Source of the DNA: an uncultured Gammaproteobacteria bacterium
GTDB taxonomy: Bacteria > Patescibacteriota > Microgenomatia > UBA8517
Reading direction: 5' to 3'
DNA: 53,342 nt
NCBI GenBank assembly: GCA_964627195.1
Contig: CAZVJU010000006.1
Location: forward strand, 6,200 to 59,541
The notes below the pieces were generated by a model. That model was not told the DNA's origin, did no database searches, and worked only from the letters and a program-made list of their open reading frames with translations. The translations under genes were made by a program, and so were the position numbers. This document shows positions 18,949-27,023 of the stretch, one piece after another (position 1 is the stretch's first letter; each line of letters begins with the position of its first letter).

Positions 18949-18988
18949 TCTTAATCTTCAATTGATTCTTCCGAAGTTTTTCCAGATG

Positions 18989-20419
18989 TCAGCTTCCCGA
19001 CTGCGGTTCAATCCAAGAATTTCCGTCCGCCTCGAGAAGTTCATCTGCCTCTTTTGGTCCCCAGGAATCCGGTTGATAAAGAGAAACCTTCCTTTTCATT
19101 TCCAAAAGTGCATCCACGAATCTCCAGCCCTCTTGCACTTCTTGCGCGTCGGTGAAAAAAGTCTGATCTCCTGAGAATGCGTCATAGAAAAGCCTCTCAT
19201 ATGCATCGGGTATTTCCAAATTAGAGGCGGGGTAAGAAAAATACATTGGATACGAATTTAAAAGCATTTTATGTCCAGGTCTTTTAATAAGAACATCAAG
19301 ACCAATGCCTTCATCCGGCTGAACTCTATAAGTTAGTACATTAGGTTTATCTCCCAAATCAAATTTTGAAAAAAGTCTATCTTCTGCAACTTTAAAAACT
19401 ATTTTTATTTCGGTTACCCATCTAACCAATTTTTTGCCGGCACGAATATAAATTGGAACCCCTCTCCAACGACTGTTTCGAACTTCTGTTTTTAATGCAA
19501 AAAAAGTTTCTGTTTGGGAATTTTTGTCTATATTCTCTTCGTAAAGATAGCCGTTGTATTGGCCAAAGACAACTTTGTCAGGGAACGGTTTTAGAACTTT
19601 TAGGATTTTTACTCTTTCTGCCGTTACCGCCTCGTTTGAAAACTGTCTCGGCGGATCCATTGTCGATAGGGCAAGCATTTGCAATAAGTGATTTTGGCCG
19701 ACATCTCTTAATGCTCCGATTGAATCGTAATATCTACCCCGCTCTCCGATGCCGAAATCCTCAGATGCCGTTATTTGGATTTGGCTGACGTGTTTTCTAT
19801 TCATCAAATGCTCGAAAATGCCATTATTAAAACGAAAAATTAATAGGTTTTGCAGAGTTTCCTTTCCCAAATAGTGATCGAGGCGAAAAATCTGGTCTTC
19901 CGAAAAATATTTTCGAAGTAAAGAGTCTAGGACATTAGCGCTGGGTAAATCTCGGCCGATTGGTTTTTCAATGATAAGCCGAGTCCAGCCGTTTTTCCTG
20001 GCATTTAGTTTAGAGTGGGCAATTGATTTAAAAATCTTGTCGTAAAGGTCAGGGTAAGTTGCCAGATAAAAGATGATGTTAGAAAAAGTGTTGGTTTCAA
20101 TAATCTTTTTCAGCGACGAATATACTTTTTTGGCGCTTTTTTTATCGTTAACATCACCTTGTAAGTAGAGCATATTTCTAAGGAGCTTGTCAGCAGTTTC
20201 AGGATCAATTGCGCGGTGGTGGTGTCGGTTTTTTCTGGCTAAGACTTCGAGGATGAAGTTTCTGAATTCACTTTTTGAATAAGGTTTCCTGCCGATTCCG
20301 GCAACTATGAACTTTGCCGGAAGAAGGTTTTTGTCAAAAAGATCATAAAGCACGGGGATAAGCTTTATTTGCGACAGGTTCCCTGTAATTCCAAAAACAA
20401 CCAATGCAAAAGAATCCAT
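18989..20419 (-). CDS. zwf: Glucose-6-phosphate 1-dehydrogenase
   Basis: FG.TGNL, IIEKP.G.D, RLDHYLGKE, DVGQNHLLQ, RWRGVP...RAGK. Confidence 0.95.
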   Translation of the reverse strand: MDSFALVVFGITGNLSQIKLIPVLYDLFDKNLLPAKFIVAGIGRKPYSKSEFRNFILEVLARKNRHHHRAIDPETADKLLRNMLYLQGDVNDKKSAKKVYSSLKKIIETNTFSNIIFYLATYPDLYDKIFKSIAHSKLNARKNGWTRLIIEKPIGRDLPSANVLDSLLRKYFSEDQIFRLDHYLGKETLQNLLIFRFNNGIFEHLMNRKHVSQIQITASEDFGIGERGRYYDSIGALRDVGQNHLLQMLALSTMDPPRQFSNEAVTAERVKILKVLKPFPDKVVFGQYNGYLYEENIDKNSQTETFFALKTEVRNSRWRGVPIYIRAGKKLVRWVTEIKIVFKVAEDRLFSKFDLGDKPNVLTYRVQPDEGIGLDVLIKRPGHKMLLNSYPMYFSYPASNLEIPDAYERLFYDAFSGDQTFFTDAQEVQEGWRFVDALLEMKRKVSLYQPDSWGPKEADELLEADGNSWIEPQSGS

Positions 20420-20529
20420 GTAGCTTAAAAAGTATCATACTCTTTGACCGCTATATTTCAATGCCGTATTTTTTAAACTCTGAGTCAATTCGTTAGCAAA
20501 AATAGAAGAGAATTTATTATAATAATGCT

Positions 20530-21054
20530 ATGAGTGAATCTAAACATCTCGATGAATTGGGGGAAATTAATTTAGCATCGGAATGTTATGTGCTTAAAGA
20601 CGGGAAAGTCTTGATGTTTAAAAGAAGCGGTACGGCAAGTAAGTTTCCCGGCTTTTGGATTGGGCCGGGAGGACATATAGATCATGACGAAGACGCTCTT
20701 CTTGCAGCCGTGCGGGAGATTGAAGAGGAAGCAGGAATAAAGGTTGATCTTGATGATATTAAATTAAAAGCAATTGCACTTCATCACCATCTTGATAGGA
20801 GAGAGGTGTGGGTCTCTTTTGTTTTCCTTGCGACCATTAAAGAAAATCAGGTTGAGAAAAAAGAGGACGTAGAGGGAAAGGCAAAGTGGATTCCGTTAGA
20901 GGAACTTCTGGTAATGGACAACGTGTTTCCTCCATCAAAGTATTATTTTGACCATGTTTTGAATGATAAAAAGGGAATACTTTATACTAATATTCAATGG
21001 GATAACGCCCAACTAGTTAAAGTCCTCAATCAACGAGTAGATAAAAACGGTTAA
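20530..21054 (+). CDS. NUDIX hydrolase
   Basis: PGG.....E....AA.REIEEEAG Nudix box. Confidence 0.9.
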   Translation: MSESKHLDELGEINLASECYVLKDGKVLMFKRSGTASKFPGFWIGPGGHIDHDEDALLAAVREIEEEAGIKVDLDDIKLKAIALHHHLDRREVWVSFVFLATIKENQVEKKEDVEGKAKWIPLEELLVMDNVFPPSKYYFDHVLNDKKGILYTNIQWDNAQLVKVLNQRVDKNG

Positions 21055-21123
21055 GACCTCATTTCCTCCACTCCAGTCATTTTTTAACCAATTAAGTAAT
21101 TAAGATGTACAATTAATTAATTC

Positions 21124-21798
21124 ATGCACAATATATCTAAGATACTAAAATTCTTAATTTTTATTATTCTTTACCTATCATCTTTGGTTAGTATAGGCTA
21201 TATTTTCAGTATATTTTTCCATGATTTAGGAGTGTTTATAAGTTTTATACTTGTATTTTTAGCAATTTTTTGGAGTAGCAGGTATCTTAGAAAAAGAAAT
21301 CCGGATAAGTTCATACAAAAATCATCCAAATTTTCAATAGCATATTTTTTTCTAACCGTTTCTTTAAGTTTCTTTTTACTTAGTCTGGTCTTTGATTCCG
21401 TTAAAATTGACTGGACTCGTTTTGTAAACGAAAACACTGCTTATAAAGGTATCTTGGATGCAACAGTTCTCCCTATATTTATTTTGTTTCCGGCATTCGC
21501 TACTATCTATCCTGTCTGGAGGCTTTATAGCCGTAAAAAGGGGTTATTGGTAAATACTGTTATTGCGTTTTTATATGTTTCGTTTTGGATATTGATGCTT
21601 TATTTATTTGCCAGGAATATTTTCGGTCTAGAAAGTCTTTTACATACTGTTGGGGATACTATTAACTATTATTACGAAATTATTGCTGCGATTCTGATAG
21701 TGCCTTTGCTAAAGTTTACTGTCGGATTCCTTCCGCTAGGGTGGTTTTATGAACTTTTTGTTGGAACAGTTGCACCTCAAAGTTTATCGAAGGGATAG
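21124..21798 (+). CDS. Hypothetical polytopic membrane protein
   Basis: About 6 TM segments; very AT-rich. Confidence 0.7.
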   Translation: MHNISKILKFLIFIILYLSSLVSIGYIFSIFFHDLGVFISFILVFLAIFWSSRYLRKRNPDKFIQKSSKFSIAYFFLTVSLSFFLLSLVFDSVKIDWTRFVNENTAYKGILDATVLPIFILFPAFATIYPVWRLYSRKKGLLVNTVIAFLYVSFWILMLYLFARNIFGLESLLHTVGDTINYYYEIIAAILIVPLLKFTVGFLPLGWFYELFVGTVAPQSLSKG

Positions 21799-21896
21799 AA
21801 AGTACTCTTTAGCAAGCAGAGTTAGATTGCAATTCAAGACCCCATTTCTTCCCTTCTTTCGCAGACAGGCACGGCTTCTGTTAAAATATTAAAGTT

Positions 21897-22337
21897 ATGA
21901 AGATTATTAAATATTCCGATTCATACCGGAAGAAAGTTAAAGATTTTGTAATTTCGGTTCATGAAGAATTTGGTTTTCCTTACAATTATGAGTTGGATTA
22001 CGATTTAGACGACCCTGACAAATACTACAAAGATCAGAGAGGAGTCTTTTATCTTCTTCTGGATGACAGAAATCCTGTAGGGGACAGTAGCAGTTAAGAA
22101 TTTAGGAAATAAAAAAGCAGAGCTAAAAAGGTTATATCTTATGAAAGAGTATAGGGGAAAAGGATTGGGACGTAGACTTTTGACTAAGGCCTTGGATTTT
22201 TGTAGAGAAAAAGGATTTAAACAAGTGGTATTTGATACAAACAAAAAACAAATAACAGCCCGAAGTTATATAAGAAAAATGGATTTAAAATCGATCGAGT
22301 TATTAAAAACACACTTTTTATGTTGAAGGATTTCTAA
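21897..22337 (+). pseudogene. GNAT acetyltransferase with two frameshifts
   Basis: Extra G in GTAGGGGACA (~22081) and a missing base near 22261; joined product reads ...PVGTVAVK...AELKRLYL..EYRGKGLG...KLYKKNGF. Confidence 0.85.
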
Positions 22338-22373
22338 ACCTATTTCCTCCCTGCTGGCGCAGGCAAGCGCGCC

Positions 22374-22790
22374 TTATTTTCCTTTCAGCTTTTTGAGCCA
22401 GAGGTTTTTGAAGAAAGGGAGAGTGAGAGTAGAAAGTAAAAAGCCGACTGAGGGAACGATTGCGTTTAGCCAAGGATTTTTAATTTTTATGGCGTTTAAA
22501 TAAAGTCCAATCGAAATGTAAGTAAAAAGAATTAATAAAAGTCTTCTGGTGTAGCTTATCTCCCAGGCTTTATCCGCCTCAACCCTTTTATCCCCCTTCG
22601 CGAAATACAACAAGCGTAAGCTTATCAATGAAAGCGAAGAATATTTCGCTTCGGAGGGATTTTGCTCCCGACGAAGCGAGGGGAGAAGCTACCGCGAGCG
22701 CCTGCCTGCGCAGGCAGGTAAGCTCGAGGGAGATTCATTTCTCGACTCAATTTCTTTAATTCTTTTTTCCAGTTCCGGCAACTTTTCCAT
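22374..22790 (-). pseudogene. Small membrane protein (IE.RNKRVEADKAWE type) interrupted by a 147-bp insertion
   Basis: MEKLPELEKRIKEIESRN joins KRVEADKAWEIS once 22590-22736 is removed, giving 89 aa. Confidence 0.8.
22590..22736. mobile_element. 147-bp structured GC-rich insertion (MITE-like)
   Basis: Pairing ends (ATCTCCCTCG and CGAAGGGGGAT on minus strand), palindrome CCTGCCTGCGCAGGCAGG, hairpin TCGCTTCG..GGGA/TCCC..CGAAGCGA, possible AT duplication. Confidence 0.7.
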
Positions 22791-22876
22791 GTTTCAATTT
22801 TACCACTTAGTATACCCAATTCGAAACCATTTCCTCTGGATATTGAATTTTTTTAAAAGCTTGCTAGCATTTAGTT

Positions 22877-23113
22877 ATGGTACTCTACGAAATTATTGGT
22901 TGGACTGGGACTTTGGCAATTCTTTTGGCATATTTTCTTGTTTCCTCAAAAAAGATTTCTCCCGACGACAAGAACTACCAATTATTAAATCTGATTGGAA
23001 CAATTGGTATCATTATAAATTCGGCAGTTCATGGAGCAATTCCTTCTGTTGGACTCAATGTTGTCTGGCTTCTTATTGCTATCTATGGATTACTAAAAGT
23101 GGTGAAGAAGTAG
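22877..23113 (+). CDS. Small 3-TM protein (CBU_0592-like)
   Basis: IGW.G...IL.AY, YQLLNL.G, LN.VW..I motifs. Confidence 0.8.
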   Translation: MVLYEIIGWTGTLAILLAYFLVSSKKISPDDKNYQLLNLIGTIGIIINSAVHGAIPSVGLNVVWLLIAIYGLLKVVKK

Positions 23114-23171
23114 ATTCCTTAAAATCCTCTTCTGAACTTGAACAAGTTTATATAAGTCCTATAATTACGGT

Positions 23172-23603
23172 ATGGTAACTGTCGAACTTTCCAAAGCATC
23201 TGTAATAAGTTCGCAAGAAATTTCGCTCACGAATTATCAAACTTATAGAAGTGAGGGAGGGATTTTGAATTCTGAATCCTACGGGATGCTGGAAAGTTTT
23301 ACCGGGTTGAAGAATCGTTCCTTAAGAGTAAGTACATTTAATATCCCAAGAAGCCAAGCTATTTCTATGGCAACTTTTGCAAAAATAGAACTGGTTGAAG
23401 AGGAAATCGGGATGTACGTTCTTCTCAGAACGCTTCCACCAAGTAAAGAGAGTACCTCTGAAGAATTAACTTTAAACCCAGAACAGTTATCAGACCAAGT
23501 TCTTTTGGCTGAGATTCTTCGTTTTACTAAGTCTACTCAACGGGAAGAATTTATAAAAAAGTATCCAAATATTTTTTCTCCGGTAGGGCAGGTACACGAC
23601 TAG
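23172..23603 (+). CDS. Hypothetical protein
   Basis: 143-aa ORF preceded by TATAAT. Confidence 0.6.
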   Translation: MVTVELSKASVISSQEISLTNYQTYRSEGGILNSESYGMLESFTGLKNRSLRVSTFNIPRSQAISMATFAKIELVEEEIGMYVLLRTLPPSKESTSEELTLNPEQLSDQVLLAEILRFTKSTQREEFIKKYPNIFSPVGQVHD

Positions 23604-23673
23604 TAAAATAGGCTTTACAGAAATAGTTTTAGGAGATATCTCAGTTTAAATTTTCTAAATGATAGAATTGGCT

Positions 23674-24327
23674 ATGGCAACTAAAGATAAGTTTATTAGA
23701 CTAAACATAGCAATTGTTACTCCCAAAAATATTGCAGAAGAAGTAATCAGGATTAGTCAGAAATTTTAAGAGCTTGGCGACACAAGCTTTATACTTAATG
23801 GAGAGGATTTTCACCCTCATATTACTTGTTATTCTCCAGAATTTCCTACTAAGAATATAAACAAGATTATTGAGGAAGTAAGTTTGATTGCTAAAGGATA
23901 CAAAAGCTTTGAAGTCAAAATGAATAAGTTGCAGATTATTAAGGAGGGTGATTCCTATGGTGTGATAGTATCTTTCAGGAAAAGTAAAGAGATTGATAAA
24001 TTACATAGATTAATAATAAAAAAACTTAATCCTTTGAGAGAAGGTCATATACGTGAGATATACAAAGATCCGGATTACATCAAAAGGTTTTCAAAAGGCA
24101 AACGTAGTTTAATAAAAAAAATACTGTTTGAAGTAGGGTATCCTAGAGCTCTAGATGCATACGACCCACATATTTCAATAACAAGATTCGGATCTCCTAT
24201 TTGGAGAAAGGATATAGAATTGCCGCGATTTAATTTTAGAAGAATGTGGATAAAGGAAATTGGAATTTTTACTATGGGTGAGTATGGTACTTGCAGAAAA
24301 CTGATCCATAAATTTACATTGAAATAG
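23674..24327 (+). pseudogene. 2H-phosphoesterase (2'-5' RNA ligase-like) gene with internal nonsense codon
   Basis: ATG 23674 is in frame with ORF 23884; single TAA at 23767-23769; both HxT/S motifs present (PHITC, PHISI). Confidence 0.8.
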
Positions 24328-24371
24328 AATTTCTCGCTGTACCCACTTCCTCCGCAACTTCGCAATTTTTT

Positions 24372-24656
24372 CTAGGGCAATAACAGAGTAAATAGCCATA
24401 AGGGTAGAGAAAGGAGAGTGAGAACACTCAATTTCCCCACACTCTTTCTTTTTAAGACGATGAAAGATCCTATTATTCCAAATAAATCTAAGGGATAGGT
24501 TACATAATTACAAACAGGTTGACACCATAGATGGGATCGGTGGAATAAATTTGTAAACAAGTTATCAATTCTGAAAGTTTGTAATACATCCCGTATTAAA
24601 TGATAGGTTGAGAAAATTAAAATGAGAATAAACAGATATCGTAAATACTTAGTCAC
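24372..24656 (-). CDS. Small membrane protein (probable start GTG near 24656)
   Basis: YHLIRDVLQ...H.WC...C hydrophobic ORF; the longer called N-terminus runs through repeat B and the next intergenic region. Confidence 0.6.
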   Translation of the reverse strand: MTKYLRYLFILILIFSTYHLIRDVLQTFRIDNLFTNLFHRSHLWCQPVCNYVTYPLDLFGIIGSFIVLKRKSVGKLSVLTLLSLPLWLFTLLLP

Positions 24657-24779
24657 TAGTTTAGTATATAAGAAAACGAGCCCATCTCCTCTGGGACTAA
24701 CAGAGATTTTTTTAAAAAGATTTTGTATAATCGCACTAGATTTTAATTTAAAAATGAAGGAGGTGAATTTACAAAAAAA

Positions 24780-24977
24780 ATGACAGGAATTGAGCGAACA
24801 GATCAAACTGATGCAATCCAGAGAGCAGAAGCATCTATAGCCGAATTAAGAGAGGATCTTCAAGTACCAGACGCTCACTTAGAGATATCTGTTGGTAGGG
24901 ATAGTGTTACGGCTGATATCGTAAGTGACTTACCGGATGCTGGAAATCTGGCAAAGGGTGTTACGAGGCCGATATAA
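24780..24977 (+). CDS. Hypothetical 65-aa protein
   Basis: Strong SD AAGGAGGTGA upstream. Confidence 0.55.
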   Translation: MTGIERTDQTDAIQRAEASIAELREDLQVPDAHLEISVGRDSVTADIVSDLPDAGNLAKGVTRPI

Positions 24978-25021
24978 ATCATTAGTTAGTTCTCGAGATT
25001 TTCGATTACGCTAAAGTAAAT

Positions 25022-25516
25022 ATGGAAAGTGAAAGAAACTTTGAAGAGTCTTTTTATAAGGCACCTTATTCTGAAGGTTGTCCCGGCTGCAATAGGATAG
25101 AACCGCAACCCGAAGGATTAATAATTGTTTATGAAGACGATAAATTTAGAGTTCATCAAGACTATGCATTACCAATTCCGGGAATGATGGTAGTTGAATC
25201 TAAAAGGCATATAAAAAGTATTTCTGATTTTACACCTGAGGAATTAAATAGGTACTCTTTAGTGCTAAGGAAAGTAAGAGACGCCTTGGGTAGCATAGGA
25301 GTAGAGAATGCGACCCTGATACAAGAAGAAAAAAGTTCACATTTTCATGCCTGGTTTTTACCGATATATCCGTGGATGGCGAATGTGACTAGCGGAAAAT
25401 TAAGGAACATTCAGGAAATATTTGATTACGCTAAAGGGAACATGGTTACCGATCAACATATTTCTGAAGTGGAAAAAGCAACTAAGGCTATAAAAGAGTA
25501 TATGGAATCGGAGTGA
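25022..25516 (+). CDS. HIT-family hydrolase
   Basis: CPGC, PIPG..VV..KRH, HFHAW motifs. Confidence 0.85.
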   Translation: MESERNFEESFYKAPYSEGCPGCNRIEPQPEGLIIVYEDDKFRVHQDYALPIPGMMVVESKRHIKSISDFTPEELNRYSLVLRKVRDALGSIGVENATLIQEEKSSHFHAWFLPIYPWMANVTSGKLRNIQEIFDYAKGNMVTDQHISEVEKATKAIKEYMESE

Positions 25517-25567
25517 AAGTAATTTTCTCGCAAGTAAATCTGAAGCAAAGTTTTACCAATATAACTC

Positions 25568-25620
25568 CGGTTCTCGCTCTTCCCGAAAAACCCGTCCCTC
25601 CCGGCTCCCGAGCAGGCTAA
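25568..25620 (+). repeat. Orphan gene-tail repeat C, copy 1 (VLALPEKPVPPGSRAG*)
   Basis: 49/53 identical to 26808-26860. Confidence 0.9.
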
Positions 25621-25697
25621 GACAATCAATGGATATCTTCTGCATCAAAAAGTACGGTTACAGGTCCTAACCAGTTTTTGCTGGTAGCAGCCAGCAG

Positions 25698-25731
25698 TCC
25701 TTGTCTACAAGGGTATACATTGTTAATCTAA
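25698..25731 (-). repeat. Repeat D, copy 1 (upstream leader plus MYTLVDK start)
   Basis: 29/34 identical to 26663-26696. Confidence 0.7.
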
Positions 25732-25870
25732 TGTACTGAGTAATATTTTGAAATATTAGTAATAATTAAAAAGAAGGATTATTATTAAAAAGTAATATAA
25801 GAAAGTAATTTCAATTTGTTACTGCTATTGAAAACGAAGTTATATATAAAATAATACAGTAGTTAAGGGG

Positions 25871-26569
25871 GTGAGAAGTTTGAAAAAAATACTAATTCTT
25901 ACAATTAGCTTGTTTTTTCTGTTCCAGTTCTTTTTTGTAGTTGAAGCGAAAACACAGAATGACAAAGGAAGTGGTAATAAATCTGAGGATTATGTATCAC
26001 CGAGTGAAGCAGCAAAAGCAAAAACCGCATCTGCAAAACTAAATAGAATTTTGGATGTTACTGAAGATCCTGAGGTTGAAGAAGAAGTTGGTGATCTGGT
26101 TGAAGAACAAGAGCAAGTTGAGGAAAGATCTCAAGAGGTTTTAGACGAAACGGAAGACCGTCCAGCAGCCGTTAAATTCTTAATTGGACCTGATTACAAA
26201 AATTTAGGTCAATTAAGAAAAGAGGTTGTTCAGACACGCAATAATATTAAGAAACTTGAAAAAATTCAGGAAAAAGTCGGCGAAGAGGAACAACCCGCAA
26301 TTGAAGAAGCCCTTTTGGAATTGAAAGAATCAGCAAGCAGTTTGCAGGCAAATATTTATACAAAACTGTCCGATTTTTCTCTTTTTGGATGGCTTTTTAA
26401 GTGGTTAAATGGTTTTACACCTCCGGAAGATGAAGTTACACCAACGACAACGGTAACACCGACGATTACGGGAGAGTTAACTGCGACACCTACAGTGGTA
26501 GAGGCAACTTTGACTCCTACCGGAACACTTAGTCCGACGGAAACACCTACACTAACTCCAACGATATAG
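25871..26569 (+). CDS. Secreted coiled-coil protein with Thr/Pro tail
   Basis: Signal peptide, F.IGPDYK.L..L motif, FSLFGWL, TPT repeats. Confidence 0.75.
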   Translation: MRSLKKILILTISLFFLFQFFFVVEAKTQNDKGSGNKSEDYVSPSEAAKAKTASAKLNRILDVTEDPEVEEEVGDLVEEQEQVEERSQEVLDETEDRPAAVKFLIGPDYKNLGQLRKEVVQTRNNIKKLEKIQEKVGEEEQPAIEEALLELKESASSLQANIYTKLSDFSLFGWLFKWLNGFTPPEDEVTPTTTVTPTITGELTATPTVVEATLTPTGTLSPTETPTLTPTI

Positions 26570-26662
26570 TTTTTGAACAAAGTCGTTGTGAAATATTGGA
26601 GTGTTTGTTGTAGTTTTTTATTGGTATTTTTTTGTTATTACTAACAGCATTTTACTATTTTT

Positions 26663-26696
26663 TCCTTTTCCACAGGGATATACATTGTTAAACTAA
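26663..26696 (-). repeat. Repeat D, copy 2 (upstream leader plus MYIPVEK start)
   Basis: 29/34 identical to 25698-25731. Confidence 0.7.
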
Positions 26697-26807
26697 AAAT
26701 TGCAGGAGCTGGTGGACTTTCTAGGAAACTGGTCAATCAAAAATCTTCATATAAATAAAAAATATTTTCTCTGATAAATTTAAAGTAAGCATTTCCAAAT
26801 AAAAGTG

Positions 26808-26860
26808 CGGTTCTTGCTCTTCCCGAAAAACCCATCCCTCCCGGCTCCCGTGCAGGGTAA
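26808..26860 (+). repeat. Orphan gene-tail repeat C, copy 2 (VLALPEKPIPPGSRAG*)
   Basis: 49/53 identical to 25568-25620; followed by hairpin AGAAATCACAT...ATGTGATTTCT (26861-26900). Confidence 0.9.
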
Positions 26861-27023
26861 AGAAATCACATTTTGAAATTGAACTAAAGATGTGATTTCT
26901 ATGGCATATGTCACGTTATTTATAGTTCTAAATCAAAGTGTGACATCTGTAAGTAATTAGGTTTGGGGAAAATTTGGGTATTGCATTTTTAAAAATCTGG
27001 CCTTTAAATAAACTTATGGGGTT

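Larger units (their letters stand above)
11447..18980 (+). repeat. Array A: dispersed ~30-bp cassette-boundary repeat, 11 clear copies plus 1 degenerate
   Basis: TTGTCT-like hexamer starts at 11447, 12068, 12808, 13393, 14029, 14432, 15533, 16351, 16849, 17271, 18044 and (degenerate) 18952; consensus TTGTCTTCAAATTAGCTCCGGAGTAGAAT. Confidence 0.93.
21053..24695 (+). repeat. Array B: dispersed cassette-boundary repeat, core CCCATTTCCTCY, 6 copies
   Basis: Cores near 21058, 21841, 22339, 22826, 24342 and 24681, each at a gene boundary; the 21841, 22339 and 24342 copies share a further CGCA at the same spacing. Confidence 0.75.

Noticed and set aside
11447-18980. Repeat A as a CRISPR array or classical attC sites
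   Set aside because: The spacers are whole genes of 0.4-1.1 kb, there are no cas genes, and the repeat lacks attC R''/R' ends and is too short.
23114-23135. Possible extra copy of repeat B (CTTAAAATCCTCTTC)
   Set aside because: Too divergent from the core to count.
23767-23769. Alternative genetic code explaining internal stops
   Set aside because: TAA, TAG and TGA all end intact genes in the window, so the isolated lesions fit pseudogenisation better.
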